Counted from the first letter of the stretch, positions 1 through 15,589 are shown. The stretch is DNA of 64,000 nt from the human T2T-CHM13v2.0 reference genome, Homo sapiens (GCF_009914755.1 NC_060937.1); one strand, 5' to 3'. The notes: generated by a model from the sequence alone, not told the origin. Translations and numbers: made by a program.

Positions 1-174
1 TCACTGAACTGCTGGAGCAAAAGAGCTGTAATGCTCCCGTTTGCAAAGCCATGGGTGGCAGGAGTAAAAGAGCTGTAACACTCCCTCTCACTGGCCAAAC
101 TATGGGAGTGAAGAAGCTGCTGGGTGCTATTGCCTTCTACTCATCAAAGAGCGGGAGTAAAAATAGCCTCAACA
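1..174 (+). mobile_element. 3' part of ERV1 solo LTR (LTR27/LTR28/LTR1/MER52 group), cut by window edge
   Basis: Repeated aaaagagctgtaa(ca) motifs and an ...aaca terminus; aligns by eye with the reverse complement of 24636-24795. Confidence 0.7.
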
Positions 175-1224
175 ATAGGAACTATGTTACAAAGTGAGGG
201 TGCTTTCACAGGACAAAGCGTCTTGAGTGTAGTATAAAGTGAGGATATCTGTTGGAAGTAAAGAATCTGGAGGCAGTGTTTAAGGATTGGGGAATAAAAC
301 CAGTGAAATTACTAAAAATGTGATGGGGCAACCAACAAAACCAAATAGAGTTTAAGTAACATGAGTTTTGAGGCCATCCATTTAGAACAGTGCCTTTCTC
401 TAATATAAATGTGCAGAAGTTGCTATAGTGAATTAAATATAATACAGATTCTTAACTGGCATGGATAAAGTGCAAAGATCAATAACACACAAGGAGAAAA
501 TTACTGGAAAGTGTTGCTCATGTGGTCCTTAGAAATAAGGAGCCAAGAGGAGTTTTAAAGCAAGTGAGATGTTAAAAGCACAAAGTCAGAGAAGTGGTTC
601 AATAGTTCTTGAATGACAATATTTCAGGAAATTATAATCTGCTTGGTAGCAGTAGCCTATTTAAATATTACTTTTTAAAATTCAGAGGGTTAAGTTGATA
701 TTTATTGAAAATAGTGTTTATATTTAATAGCAGACTGAAAAACCTCAAATAATTAATTCCCTACATAGAAAATAATAAATTACATATAAGACAATGTTTC
801 AAGTACTTAGTGTAACTTATTAAATTGTTTTAAATCAGGAACATGGCTATGCCATTAGGGAAATAAAATATTCATTGTTATAATGAGCTGAAAATCAAGA
901 TTAGTATTATTTTAAAATACTAGCAATGTACCTCTATTTGCTCAGACAAAACTGAACCAATTCATTAAACTTTATTTATATTCTAGGTTAATAAACAAGA
1001 ACTGTATACATTTCAAATAACTGATGAATAGAAATGTTTAGATTTTTTTTCTCTAGATAACTTACTTAGAAATAAAGAAAATGCATATAAATTGTGCAAA
1101 ACCCAAAGCATATGTCAGGCTAAAATTACCTAATGTTTTTTGAAGCAAACATTGTATAATTACTTGATGGTCAATTACATCTGATTAAAATGTATTGGTC
1201 AGCTTCATGTGGCAGAAACTACAG

Positions 1225-1395
1225 AGTGTTTGGAATTAATCATGCACAAGTTCTGTTTCTTTCACTTTCTAGTTATGTAACTGTGGGCATTATTTAAGCT
1301 TTCCGAAATTCAGTGTTTTACTCTCTAAAATAATAACAGTATTTATTTTTTAGAGCTGTTGAGACGATTACATTTTTTCATGTAATTAATAAGTG
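1225..1395 (+). mobile_element. MIR SINE fragment
   Basis: Degenerate MIR core: ctagttatgtaactgtgggcattatttaagctttccgaaattcagtgttt...taataacagta...agagctgttgagacgatta. Confidence 0.6.
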
Positions 1396-3479
1396 AAAAT
1401 GTCAACTATTGTATTTTTCACATTGCAGGTAATTAAAAAGTTATTCGATTTCTTTCTTTCTTTCTCTCATTTGTCCAAAACACTTAATATTCTTTCCCCT
1501 TTCTTTAGAGCAAGAGTTGAACAACCAGAAAAAGTCTGTGGAGCTGCACAGCTTGCTGGTGTCATGCTTCACATTGTTTAAATGAAAATAGGACTTGCTT
1601 GTGCAAAGTGTAATGAAAATGTTGACACTCTTGATCAAGACAGAGATGAAGATAAATAAAAATAATATAATTTTTTGCAGGTGATGTCCATGTCCACAAA
1701 TAATTTTAAGTGGAAATGAATGAAATCCATTGTGATGTCAACTAGCTCCTTTTCTTTTTTAGTTAACCAAGAAAGAATACTTACTATACCTGAACACTGG
1801 CACAGAAGGATTAGCCTAATGGCTCTAGCCTCAAGGCTATTGCTGGAAAAAAATGGGCTGGTTCTGAAATTTTACATCTATAACCCCCTTTATGGTGCTT
1901 TTCTTAAAACTGAGAGATGACATTTTTTGAGTAGATTTTTCTAAGGCTAGCATCCTTAGCCATTCAAAGGCAACTAATTGTCAAACCCTTTGAAACTTAA
2001 AAAAAGGCTCAAAGATTCAAGCCTCATGCACCCTTGTCTATAAAGCCTCTAAACTAGCTCTAACTTGTGTTTCAGAAATATGATCACTTGATGATCTTGA
2101 AGACCAACTGGGGAAAGAATGAGGGCAAGGGAAATACTCCATCAGTATAAATATTCCTCTCATTTCTCGGTTTTAATCCAGTACACTTCCAGAATTAGAA
2201 TATCAGGAATTGAAGATGATTAGTGTATATTTATAAAAATGTCAATGTCATTTCTGTCCTCATTGATATTAACTTAGATGTTTATTCTTAACAAAATGAA
2301 AGTTTCTTAGAATGCAGGCATTTGTCTTAAATGTGTTTTCAATATGTAAAGTGTTTGAATGTTTTTGAATTAGCTAGTGTTGTGAATAACATAACATTAA
2401 TTTTTGATAAATTTGCTTAAATAGTAACAGTTTCCCTAGCTATTTAGATTATTAATGCCTACAAAACAAAAATGGGCAGAGATCCTGTTGAATTTCTAGT
2501 TGTAACTATTACTGTGCTCAAAAATATGAATTTAAATGTATTCTAAATAATTTTTTGAATGAGAGTGTGTAAAGATTGTGAGCATAATTTTTACATAATA
2601 TAAAGTTGCAAACCTACAAAAACTGCAGATATATAATACCCGCTTATCTTGTTAATACGTAGTCTTCTGAACTTACTTAAACTGTCAATTTTCTTTGATC
2701 AATTAAACTGTGCTTCAAACAGTTCCCTAGGCTAGATTACTTTTAGACCATTTGCTTCTGTGAACTGGAAACCGTTACCTAATTTCTGGTTTGGCCTTCA
2801 CCTCACCCCATATTCCTTATCACCATTATTCTAACAACCAGACTGATTATTTTATATAAAATTTCTATTTGACAATAGAGAAAAGGTGATCTGTCTCTCA
2901 GAGTTACTCTCCTGCTAGCGTTAGATGAAGTTTTTTATTTTCTTCTCTATATTCTAAGAGTCTTATTCTAGAACACTCAAAAATAAAATAAAAAAGAAAA
3001 AAGTTTCTAGGGAATCAGTGCAGTTCGGGAGAATCAGATGACGAAAACTTTGGGGTGTTTTCACAAAAATTGGATGTTATAATCAGTACCCTGCATCCAG
3101 ATAAATAAGAATTGTGTATTTTATTCAATAGATACAATTGGCATGCATAGAATATTACATGTTTTCAAAAACTTTTTAATCTCCAATATTACATTAATTA
3201 AACTTTGTGCATATTTCATCAAAACTAGGAATTCTATTATACAGGTAAGCTATAATTTTTATATTTACATCTTGTGAAGTCTTTAAATTATTACTACTAC
3301 TTTTATGGAATAAAGGTAATACTGACATTCCATATAAATTTATGGAGTAAAGGCAATATTGATGTTTCCGTGTATTTTTAGAAAACTTTACTGTAAATTC
3401 AGTTGTCTCTACACATCTTTACCTAAGATTCACTTTCACTCTTCTGCCAACTATCCGCTTTAACAGTAACTTGTGTATA

Positions 3480-3635
3480 CTTCTGTAATAGCACCAATCA
3501 CATTGCACTTTAATTGTCTATCTTCCCCAGTAAGATGTAAGATTCTTGAGAGCAAGGGATATGTCTTGTTCACCTTTATATCTTTAGTGACTAACGCAGT
3601 GCCTGGACAATACTCTTATGTTTATTGAGTAGGTA
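3480..3635 (+). mobile_element. L2 LINE 3' end
   Basis: tgtaagattcttgagagcaagggatatgtcttgttcacctttatatctttagtgactaacgcagtgcctgg resembles the L2 3' terminus. Confidence 0.7.
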
Positions 3636-4416
3636 AGCTAGTGAAATAAAAGAATAGTATTTAGGAAACTTTTCTGCTAAATCTAATTTGACTTGGATCT
3701 TTCAGTCATTTAGTTAATAATATTTCAATGAACAAAAAGCACCTTATTTCATGGGTGCTCTAGATCTGAAAATTATACGTATGTTTTACTTTCTATTATA
3801 ATTGAATTTGGTATTTACCTTTTATAAGTTTATATAATTCAAATGTTTTGACTCTCAAAAATATTTGAACTTAACCATCTGTTGTTCAAGCTCATTTAAT
3901 GTTCCAAATTGCAAGATTTCAGTAAGAGTTCTGCAAATTTAGCAGTGGTAACCAATTATTTGAATTAAATGAGAAGTGAGAATGCATCATTTACTCTTAG
4001 ACCTCCATTAGGTCTTGGCACCCTGTTTCTAATAGAGTGGGAAGGATGTGTAAAATGTAAAAGGAAGATGGAGGAGGTAGATGTCAAATACTGCAATTAT
4101 TCATTGAAACAGTTTACTAATTGAGAATGAAAATCTCTTTCTCTCTCAATTCTAAACTACTTACTATAAGCCTCCAGAGTATATTCTGAGCTACTGTTAA
4201 ATAGGGTAGTAATTGCCATGACTGTAGTGGAAAGAGAAGTAGGAACATCAGTGAGTGTTCAATCGTCTTCAATATTTAATGTGTATCATTGTATTTCATA
4301 TTTCAAATATTATTGTGCAGTTATGCAACCCCTTGTCTACATACTCAGGTCTGTAATAGTGTAAATTTCATGGATGACCTCATACATCCACAGAGAAGGT
4401 TGTCTCCCGCTTGACT

Positions 4417-4578
4417 TGTGTATTCGTTTCCTATTGATGCTGTAAAAATGTACTGTAGACTTAGTGGCTTAAAACAACATACAATTTTTCTCTGACAGTT
4501 CTGGAGGTCGTAAGTCTAAGGAGATAACAGGGCTGCATTCCTTCTAAGGGCTTCAGGGGGAGAATCTATTCCCTTGCT
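4417..4578 (-). mobile_element. MLT1 (MaLR) LTR fragment
   Basis: tgtattcgtttcctattgatgctgtaa...ttagtggcttaaaacaaca...cagttctggaggtc...gggagaatctattcccttg is the MLT1 3' end in antisense. Confidence 0.8.
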
Positions 4579-4599
4579 GAGAGTAAAGGAGAAGGTACA

Positions 4600-6224
<1,625 letters not shown>

Positions 6225-7305
6225 CATTAAATTTGGAGTAATTTTCAGTTGATCAGGACATCTTTCAGAGCAGCAGGTGATGGCACAGGAGAAAGGAGCA
6301 GGCAAAAAAGCACTAAAGCCCAAGATGGACATAGATTCTCTCAGTAAAGGATCCTGTGTGTTGATACCACCAATGCATACTGTCAGCATGCTTATTTTAT
6401 TAGTAATCTATGTTATTTCTTGGCAACAAAACATATAAGCACATCTTACAAATAATATAATTTCTGTGTTGGTTAAGACTAAATAAATCCTGAAGATTCA
6501 AATAATATCTCAACAGTCTTGTAGTTATTAATTTGAATGTCTTCCTTCCTCTGGAATCAATAGGTGCTACTATTATGCAGAATAATGATTGGCTTTTCAC
6601 CCTGTTCAAGGCCTACATGAATAACGCTGCCTTACTACTCAGTAGCTGCTTTTTGATTACTAAGAAACTCCTATCTTAGTAAGAACTTAATAAATTATTT
6701 CTGTTTGCCTTCCATTTTCTAAATCATTATCTGTTGTAAAACAAAGGTGATAGTCTGTACTGCCAGCTTTATTATTTTCACTGTCATCATCATTACCAGG
6801 CAAAGTTTAATCAATTATTTATAAGAAAAATGCCTAAATTAGTTAAAGACCACAATAATGACCTGAGTTTGCTTTTCTTTGAAGGTGTAAATATTGCATT
6901 TTTGCTTATATTTTAAAATTTAAACACCCAGATGGATTCTAAAAAAAATCAGAGCAGAAGGGAAAATCCTGTTTCTCTTTAGATGCAATATTTCTATAAA
7001 TCCTCATTTTGCATTAAATTTCCTGGAAATATATTACATTATTCATTAGTATTGACTGATTGTCAGCTACCACTTGTATATCAGCTTTATATGTTCACTT
7101 GTTCAGATTTTTTCCACTCAGATAAAATAAGCAGTAAATATTTTGGAAAAAACCTCAAGAATATTTATTGATATTAAATGTATTAATGAGTTCATCATTC
7201 CAGCATGTAAATTGTGTTCTGATTTTTGTCTCATGGAGTGATCACTATTCGTCTTCCTATATAACATTCCCAAAATTTGATGCAAATATCTTTATACATG
7301 CCTTA

Positions 7306-7982
7306 TGAAACTGCCTTTGCAAAAATTATAACAGGGAGAAAATTATGACGGTGAAAGAGATCTGTTCTAACCAACTCCATCTTGCTTCTCACCCCCAAGC
7401 TCCCCTTGTTCATTTCTGGGCATAGGCTGAACTAACTTTGGGAGGAATTTAGTTTATATTTTAAATGATAATAGCCCTTCCCTAAAACAAAACCAGATGA
7501 CAGGGGCCAGAATTCTGCTGATACGTATGGTTAGTTAAATCTTACCAGCCATTACTCAGGAAGTCACAATGGTTGTAATTTCCCCAATTCACTATCGTAG
7601 AACCTACGAATGCCCTTTCGAGATGTCCTTTCAGGCTTTTGCATTTCTGACCACCTAATGGCCCCACTCAAACCCACCATTCTTGGCTCAACTGGTCGTG
7701 TGACCCTCACCCAGAAGCATACTCACTACACAAGGACCATTTTCTATATCCCTATGATTGCATGCCCAACCAATCAGTAGCATCCATTCCCTTGTCTCCA
7801 AAACTATTCTTGAAAAACTCTAGCCTCTGAGTTTTTTGGGAGATTGATTTGAGAAATCACTTCGTCTCCTATGTGGCGTGGCCTGTCTCATATTGATTAA
7901 ACTCTATTTACTGCAATGCCATGGTCTCACTTAATTGATTTTGTCTGTGCAGTGGGCAAGAAGAACCCATTGGGTAGTTGCA
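7306..7982 (+). mobile_element. LTR8/LTR8A solo LTR (ERV1)
   Basis: Starts tgaaactgcctttgcaaaaattataac...gtgaaagagatc...ccatcttgcttc; ends gaacccattgggtagttgca; TG..CA termini; 4-bp flanks ctta/ttta. Confidence 0.85.
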
Positions 7983-8408
7983 TTTAGATTATGCTATTAA
8001 AACAAGACTGAAGACAAAATCCTATGCTACATTCTCAAAATGTTTCTACATTAACCCATTACATACCTACCTACTTGTATTATACTCTATCAGTAGGCTC
8101 AGCTACTTTATATCCACAAATATTATCATAACCTCCCTGAGAAAATGGTGCTGAAATCTGGACAATTTCCACCAACTACCTGTACTACTCTAGTACTTAG
8201 AATGTATTAATCTGCTATGTCTTGCCATATATAGAAAATATTTTTCACTTTTTATTTTTTGAATCATTTAAAACTTTTCCTAAGGCAAACAACTAAAATT
8301 GTAATTAATTAAATATAATCTTAATATCGAGGAGAAAAGTTCACTCAGACGTGTAGTTCATATAAGTCTCAATAATAATCATATTATTTAACTTTAAAGC
8401 ATCTCCCC

Positions 8409-9147
8409 TGAGGCAGAGTTTTGGCCCCATGGCCTTTACCATCTGATGTCATGCCTATAAATATGTTATGTTACAGGCAAAATGGACTTTGCAGGTATAA
8501 TTAAGTTTACTGATTAGTGACAATTAAGATTAGGGTATGATTCTGTATTATAGAGGTGGTCCAAATATAATCACATAAACTCTTACAAAACTTTCTTTGT
8601 CTGGAGGCAGGAAAAATGTGACAGAATGAAAAGACAGATTTAAAACATGAGAAGGATGTGATGTGCTCTTGCTGTTGTAAAGATGAAAGAGCCCGGCCAG
8701 GCGCAGTGGCTCAAGTCTGTAATCCCAGCACTTTGGGAGGCCAAGGCAGACAAATCAACTGAGTTCAGGAGTTCAAGACCAGCTTGGCTAATATGGTGAA
8801 ACCCTGTCTCTACAAAAATACAAAAATTAGCCAGGCATGATAGCGAGTGCCTGTAGTCCCAGCTACTTGGGAAGCTGAGGCACGAGAATGGCTTGCACCT
8901 CTGAGGCGGTGGTTGCAGTGAGTCGAGATTGCACCATTGCACTACAGCCTGGGCTGTAACAGAGCGAGACTCCATTTCAAAAAAAAAAAAAAAAAAAAAC
9001 CCAGGAACTTCAGTCCTGGAACCACAGGTAACTGAATTCTTCCAACAATCCTAATAAGCTTGGAAGTAATTTCTTTGAGCCTCTAGATTTGTTATTTAAT
9101 TATTTATGTAAATTTGCTGATTTATTACATAGCAATAGAAAACTGTG
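8409..9147 (+). mobile_element. MLT1E-like MaLR LTR, interrupted by Alu
   Basis: atgttatgttacaggcaaaatggactttgcaggtataattaag...; after the Alu: cagtcctggaaccacaggtaactgaattcttccaacaa...catagcaatagaaaac. Confidence 0.75.
8695..8999 (+). mobile_element. AluS element
   Basis: ggccaggcgcagtggctca...gagcgagactccatttc followed by a long A tail. Confidence 0.95.
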
Positions 9148-10739
9148 TATCCCCAAATAATTATTAAGTAAAGATTGTGCCCATAAATTATACTCTTTAT
9201 TTTATAGTTTTCTAAATTATCCAGAATGGCAAATTAATCAATAAAAATGTAAATTATTTCACCATAAAATAGTTTAAACAAAAATGAATATTTTATTATG
9301 TTTATTTTTATGTACAAACACATATATCAGTCATATAATCAATGATAAATTATTGGTTAGACTACTTAAGAATGAATGTAAACCCAAATTTCTTCACTTT
9401 TCAAACCCTTGTCTAATTTGAGTGTAGAGGAAATTTTCTGCTTTAGGGATGATGAATAACTAATAATTAAACAAGATATTTTTTCTCAGTGAAACAATCT
9501 GTGCTGTCCATCTTCCAGGAGGTAAGAGAAAACTATTTCCCCACCTGCTACCATTACCACCCCACTAGAAAGAAAGAAGTCAACAGGTATGGGACCTGGT
9601 CTGGGATTGCAGTCAACAAAAAGGGTCAAAGTGTCTTTTCTTGACACTAGAGCACTATGGTGGCAGACAGACAAGGCATGGCATTGTATTTGAGTTTCTT
9701 CTAGAAATGCAAGAAGGGTTAAATAATAAAAATCTTTAAATGGCATTTACTGCATTAGTAATTTAAAGAAGAAAAACTGTAAGATAGTCTCAATAGTCAA
9801 TGATAAATTATTTCATAAAATTCAATAATCATTCATGCTTTTTACAAAAATACTCTTATTAAGATGGGAATACAGTAGTTCGACGACAGGTAAAACACTC
9901 CACAAACAGAATAGAATTCTGGAAATAGACAAATCTTGCATAGGTGGTCTGAGAATTTGAAGCTGTCATCGTTGATATCTACTAATGCTGGCTGAGAGCT
10001 GGAACCTGGGAATTTAGGCTGGACAGAGGCTGAGGGCAATTGCTTGGGGATGGAGCAATAAGCAGAACTTTTGGCAGTACCATAGAATGCAATGGCAAAA
10101 TTAGACATCACTGGCATCGGCATATGTTTGACTTATCCTTCAAGACAGTTGCTGAATCCCATAGCTATGTTGGACAAGAGACTTAAGAACAAAAGTGAAA
10201 ACCTCAGAAAACCCCATTAGGATTTCGGTCTTGCACTTAGAAGACAAATGCCTATGCAAGAGAAGGTCTAGAAGATTACATGTGAAGGATTAAAGTCCTC
10301 GAAAGAGTGCCAAATTGGTACTGAAAATTCTTATTTTTCCACCCTTTTGAGGAGTTATCCTGTTTTAGCAGGCTTGATGTCTCGTTGGGTACCACTCCTG
10401 GGAGGCAGAGAAATCAGCTAAATTTTAGTAGCTGAAAGTGAGGGATGGAAATATGAAATTGGAGATTTGAGGAATCTGAAGGGTACAAATTAAAGATATT
10501 TGCTATCTTTTCAACCAATGTCAGGCTAAGCCAAAACTTCTAAAAAGCAGCATAAATGTTTTCACTCTTTCAACACTGAGACATGCGAAAGTCACAGTGA
10601 AAAGTACATGGAAGTCCATTCATGAGAAACAAGGGCAAAGTAGAGGTGGACTTGTTCTTCCCAAAACTGCAATCCAGGTTGAACTTAGGTGTCTGTGATT
10701 GCCTGCACTCTATCTGCTTAAGAAATAAACCTTCACTGG

Positions 10740-11167
10740 CAGGAGATATTGTCTCAAATCTCTAGATTCTGGTAAACACAAAAAAATTATTGAATTAAAA
10801 ATGTGTTATGAAAATAGAAAGGGCTGTATAAGAGAACAAACAAGACAGTAAAGCCAGACACAAAAGGAACCCAAATATTGAAATTAGCAAATAAGAACAC
10901 TGATTTATTTGTGATTATCATCAGGAAAATATTTTTAAAAACATGTAGAAAGTAAATGAAAATATGGAGAATTTTTACTGATAATTTGAATAAAAATAGG
11001 ATCACATAAAAATTCTAGAACTCAAAAACACATATTTAAATTGAAAAGCCAATAACTATATTGTTTAGCAGCAGACTGAACAGAGAAATCAGCATTAGTG
11101 AAAGGATGGCGGGTTATTAGGAATGTCCAAACTAAATCAAATATTCCTTTTAAAATGAGAGAAAATT
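10740..11167 (+). mobile_element. Old L1M (L1ME-like) 5'/ORF1 remnant
   Basis: A-rich sequence with aattctagaactcaaaaacaca...gtttagcagcagactgaa...attagtgaa, typical of decayed ORF1 coiled-coil region. Confidence 0.5.
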
Positions 11168-11443
11168 GGCTGGGTGCTATGGCTCATGCCTGTAATCCCA
11201 GCACTTTGGGAGGCAGAGGCGGGCAGATCACTTGAGTTCAGGAGTTCTAGACCAGCCTGGCCCAAATGGCAAAACCCTGTGTCTAGTAAAAATACAAAAA
11301 AACTAACCAGGCGTGGTGGCAGGCGCCTGTAATCCCAGCTACTTGGGAGGCTGAGGCAAAAAAATCACTTGAACCTGTGAGGCAGAGGTTGCAGTGAGCC
11401 AAGGTCGCACCACTGCAACTCCAGTTTGGGTAATAAGGTGAGA
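11168..11443 (+). mobile_element. Alu (AluS/J) lacking poly(A) tail
   Basis: ggctgggtgctatggctcatgcctgtaatcccagc...ccagtttgggtaataaggtgaga then non-Alu sequence. Confidence 0.95.
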
Positions 11444-11459
11444 TGATCAACTCCCTATG

Positions 11460-11960
11460 TCAACTATAATCAAACAAAATGCTATAACATTAAACATAAA
11501 GTAAAAGTATAAATTTTCTGAAACAATGTAAAACCAGAATTGCCTGTAGATTATGCCTTTGGTGATAGAGTACGCCGAAGAATCCACAAAGAATTTATTT
11601 AAAATAACAAGAAAGATATAAAAGTCAAAATAATAATAATGTACTATTAACAAGTAAAATAAACATATCTTAAAATTTTTCTCTACTTATTGAGCAATAT
11701 ACTTAAGAATACATTTTACAGAAGATGAAAAGTACCATAACTGGAAATTTATATAATTTTTCTGAAAGAGGTTAAAGGAGACTTAAATTATTAGAAATAT
11801 TTTATTTACTCATGAATAGGAATATTTAATTTTGCAAAAATATTAGCTGTTTACAATTATTCCATTGATATAATCCAATTTCAATCAAATTAATAAAAAA
11901 TTTTTATGGGCTCTAAAAATCTGATTGTACACATTTTTAATGATGAACAATGATTCAAAT
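11460..11960 (+). mobile_element. Old L1ME ORF2 remnant
   Basis: gaagaatccacaaagaatttatt...gaggttaaaggagacttaaat...ttcaatcaaat resembles decayed ORF2. Confidence 0.5.
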
Positions 11961-12967
11961 ACCTAATACTTTCTGTTTTTTAGGTTTTATCACACTGTGA
12001 TGAATGTAAAGCTAGGTTTGATTGCCAATCAAAAATAACATTTGATATATTAATATCGTATATTTGCAAGTAGCTTGGAAAAAAGGAGTACCTTGGTAAG
12101 AACTCTGTGGTTTTGAAGCTTTAAATTACATGTTTGAATTTATAGTTTAGCTTTATTTTGAGTATATCTTCTAGATTTGATTGCATTCATGATGAAGAAT
12201 TGAAATTTGAATACTCGTACCTTTTTGTAGTGGTAGTTTGCTTAAATTCTGCAAAATCACTGGTTTTGTGTTTCTATAAACTTGTAGAGCTGCTTAATGA
12301 ATTCAACAGACATTTTATTTTCCATTATCAATGTATTACTTTTAACATTACAATTTTAGCTTTAGAAAATAATATAGTTCATCTAGACTCCAAATGTATT
12401 AGCATTTCATGTTTGGGATAATTATATTTAAAGCTAGATCACTTTAATATTTAACCAATTACAATTCATCTCTCAAATATTGTCTACAGTCAGTAGTAAA
12501 AACGGAAAATATATGAGGTCAAACTGAAAATATTGGAAAATCTAATTGAGATCTTTTCCTTGAGCCAGTACCAAATTAATTTTCTCTCAACCTTTTATAA
12601 TTAAAATCAATATTCTGTGGAACAGTGCAATTAAACAGCAAAGCAGATGGTAACAGAGGGGATAAAAATTATTCCTTAACCACTTGTTGAGTTATGAGCT
12701 GCAGTTTCAATTTTGCAAGATGTATTATTATAGACTACCTAATTCACTAATGGGAATACTTCAGCTTCCTCTGAAGTCAAATAAGGATTGAGAGTATATG
12801 TTATCTTATCTATAAAATTTAGTACAATTTTAAAAATATGATATTAACTGTTCATAAATTATATCTCATGTAGCCATATAGATATCATCATAGGCTAGCC
12901 AAAGGGCATAGCTGATTAGTTTACTCCATGTTTTGAAACTTTTAGATGTGTATCCATTCAATTACAG

Positions 12968-13183
12968 CAGAGTTTCTGCACTTTGGCACTCCAGACATTT
13001 GGGGTCAGATAATATTTGTTCTGGGGCTATTTTGCTCAGCATGGTAACGCTGTTTAGTGGCATCTTTGGTTCTATTGCTATCTCCATGAGCAGCTCCCAC
13101 CTCAAGTTGTGACAATCAAATTGTCTCCAAGCATTACCAAATGTTCCCTGGTGGGCAAAATTGCTTCCAATTGAGAATTATTT
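12968..13183 (-). mobile_element. MER20 DNA transposon (hAT-Charlie)
   Basis: agttgtgacaatcaaattgtctccaagcattaccaaatgttccctggtgggcaaaattgcttccaattgagaa is antisense MER20. Confidence 0.85.
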
Positions 13184-13700
13184 ACCTACAGTATAAAGTT
13201 GAAATTATTAAACAGAATATGAAGGCCTGTGGTTACTTTATTTATTATCATTCTTTTTCCCTGATTTTTGCTGGGAAAATATTAATCCCTTTCTGTTATT
13301 CTGCATTGCCCCTGTGATTTTCAAACTCTGTGTGTTTACTTCTTTTCTTCCTTCTGTCTAATCCATCTTTGTGACCCCTTCACCTAGCAATGGGATTAGC
13401 ATCTTTTAGAACTTGACTTAAAAATAACCCCTTAAAAAAAAGTTTTCCTAATGCACCAAAGATGAGTTAAGTGCTTTGCTTTGGGGATTATTTACTTCCT
13501 TGAGTCTATCTCTGACTTTGCACTTCCACATTGCAAGCAAGGGTTGCCAGAGAAAAGTGTCTCAAGGTCATTTAACAAAAACACCTAACTCTACAGACAA
13601 ATTCTGGCTGTTATTCAAAGAAAGAATTGTGAAAGTAAAGCAGAAAGATGCTTTACTAGCAATATTAATTTTAGTGTTAAACTATCATCTGTCTGTCTTT

Positions 13701-13720
13701 CATCTATCTACTATCTACCT

Positions 13721-13765
<45 letters not shown>
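13701..13765 (+). repeat. (TATC)n tetranucleotide microsatellite
   Basis: About 10 perfect tatc units plus degenerate units. Confidence 0.95.
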
Positions 13766-14829
13766 TTTTTTAGTGTAGTTGCCTCCAGTCAAAGAAGGTG
13801 ATGGTGATGCTATATACTCACACACTGATGCACTCATGTATACCATGAGTACATTCATATACGCATGCACACCCATCCAATGCACCAAGTCATGGGGCTG
13901 GACCTTGGGCACATGTGAGGATTTGCACTCATCCCAAAGGTGGTCCTATGCCCCGAGAAATTTGCCATTAAATAGCAAATACTAACACCATGACAGGTAA
14001 GGAAAGAGACTGCAGAAAAAGAAAAACACATTTTTAAAAAAATAGGGTCTCCACATTTTAAATTTGCTTTTGGCACCACAAATTATGTAGGTGGATCTAC
14101 TTCTGGATGTAAGGAAAGATTCACTTCTGTTCAATTGAAAAAAATCAGACCAACACCACAACTTAAATTTTGATCATTTTAAATTTACTTAATACCACCA
14201 GATTTCTTATTTTTAAGTCTTTGAACTCAGAATCCAGACTTTGAAGGTTATTTTCTATATGAGCAGGTAATAGTGTCATAATACATGACGCTATTGAAAT
14301 TAAATATTGTCTTCAATTTTTAGTAGAGAATATCAAAATGAATGAACTGCAGCTGTATGCATGTATGTCAATGATTCAATAAAAAATATTGATGTGAAAT
14401 GTTGTCTTTAAAATTTTTATAGCTCGATTTAATTTATATGACCTTATAGAGCCCATGTTTTATTGCCAGTATTGCAAGGTTCAATTCATTAAAACACTCA
14501 TTTTCATTAGTAAGTCACAAAATTTAATATAAAATGAGGATATGCAATCTCACAATTGGTAGACAGCTATTAAGACTACATAAAATTTAACATCATTACA
14601 TAAAAAATCAGACAGAAAAAGTGAAAATGTGAAAGAAGTGACTTTTAAAACTATTATAATAACATTATATGATTATTTCACATTTTATTAGTTAAAATTA
14701 AGGCATTTTACTTTTTAAAATCTGTCATTAGTCTTGTATTTGCAAAGCCAGTTATGCACACAAAATTAGGTAGCTAATGGGGACTAAAAATTATCCTCTT
14801 GCTTCAGTTATAAGAAAATTATAGCACAC

Positions 14830-15081
14830 AGTACCTGTCATTTTGTGACTGGCTTATTTCACTTAGCATAATATCCCAGGTTCATTTCTGTTACCATATA
14901 TGGCAGGATTTCCTTCTTTTTAAGGATCAATAATTTTCCATTCTATGTATATCACACTTTTTAATGTATTTATCTGTCAATGAACATTTAAGTTGTTTTC
15001 ATACCATGGCTATTGTGGGAAGTTGCCTTTCAACAGGTAAAAAGTTTCAGTTATTCATGATGAATAAGTTCTAGAGATCTG
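14830..15081. mobile_element. L1MA/L1MB 3' fragment with internal inversion (minus 14830-15017, plus 15018-15081)
   Basis: ttttgtgactggcttatttcacttagcataat...ggctattgtg (antisense) joined directly to aaagtttcagttattcatgatgaataagttctagagatctg (sense 3'UTR). Confidence 0.75.
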
Positions 15082-15589
15082 AAAGGCCATGCTAAGAAAC
15101 CATTCATTTGCCAAAAACGTTATTCAAACATTTAGGTCAATGGTCTCATGTTCCCTTGTTCCCTGTCCATCAAACTGCTATGCAGGGAATGCTATTAAAA
15201 ACAGTCCTTGCAATAAAGAGCACCCACGCTTTTAGATGTTTTCTTCAAAAACACTGACATGTTTTACTTAATTTATCAGATTGATTGCATTTTGTCCAGT
15301 AAATGTATTTTCAGGATGTATATATCTTCACAGAATAGCTTATTCAATTGTTCCACATAAACCTTTGAATAATATACATCAGCTTTAGATAGCACTTGTT
15401 TCCATTTCTAGTGGTGGGAAACCCTTCTTAGTACTTACAAAAAGAAATCAGGTATTGCCCATGTGTAACAGCCCCTACACTCATCCACCTCTCATATAGT
15501 TAGCAGTATTTTTAAAAGTGAGAATGAAATTAAAAGAGGCTAATATGTTTGACAACACAAATTTAAATTGTCCTGATATCTTAGATTTA

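Noticed and set aside
9490-9521. 32-nt micro-exon (ttttctcag|...gag|gtaaga)
   Set aside because: Splice-like pairs occur often by chance; not frame-preserving and no partner exons identified
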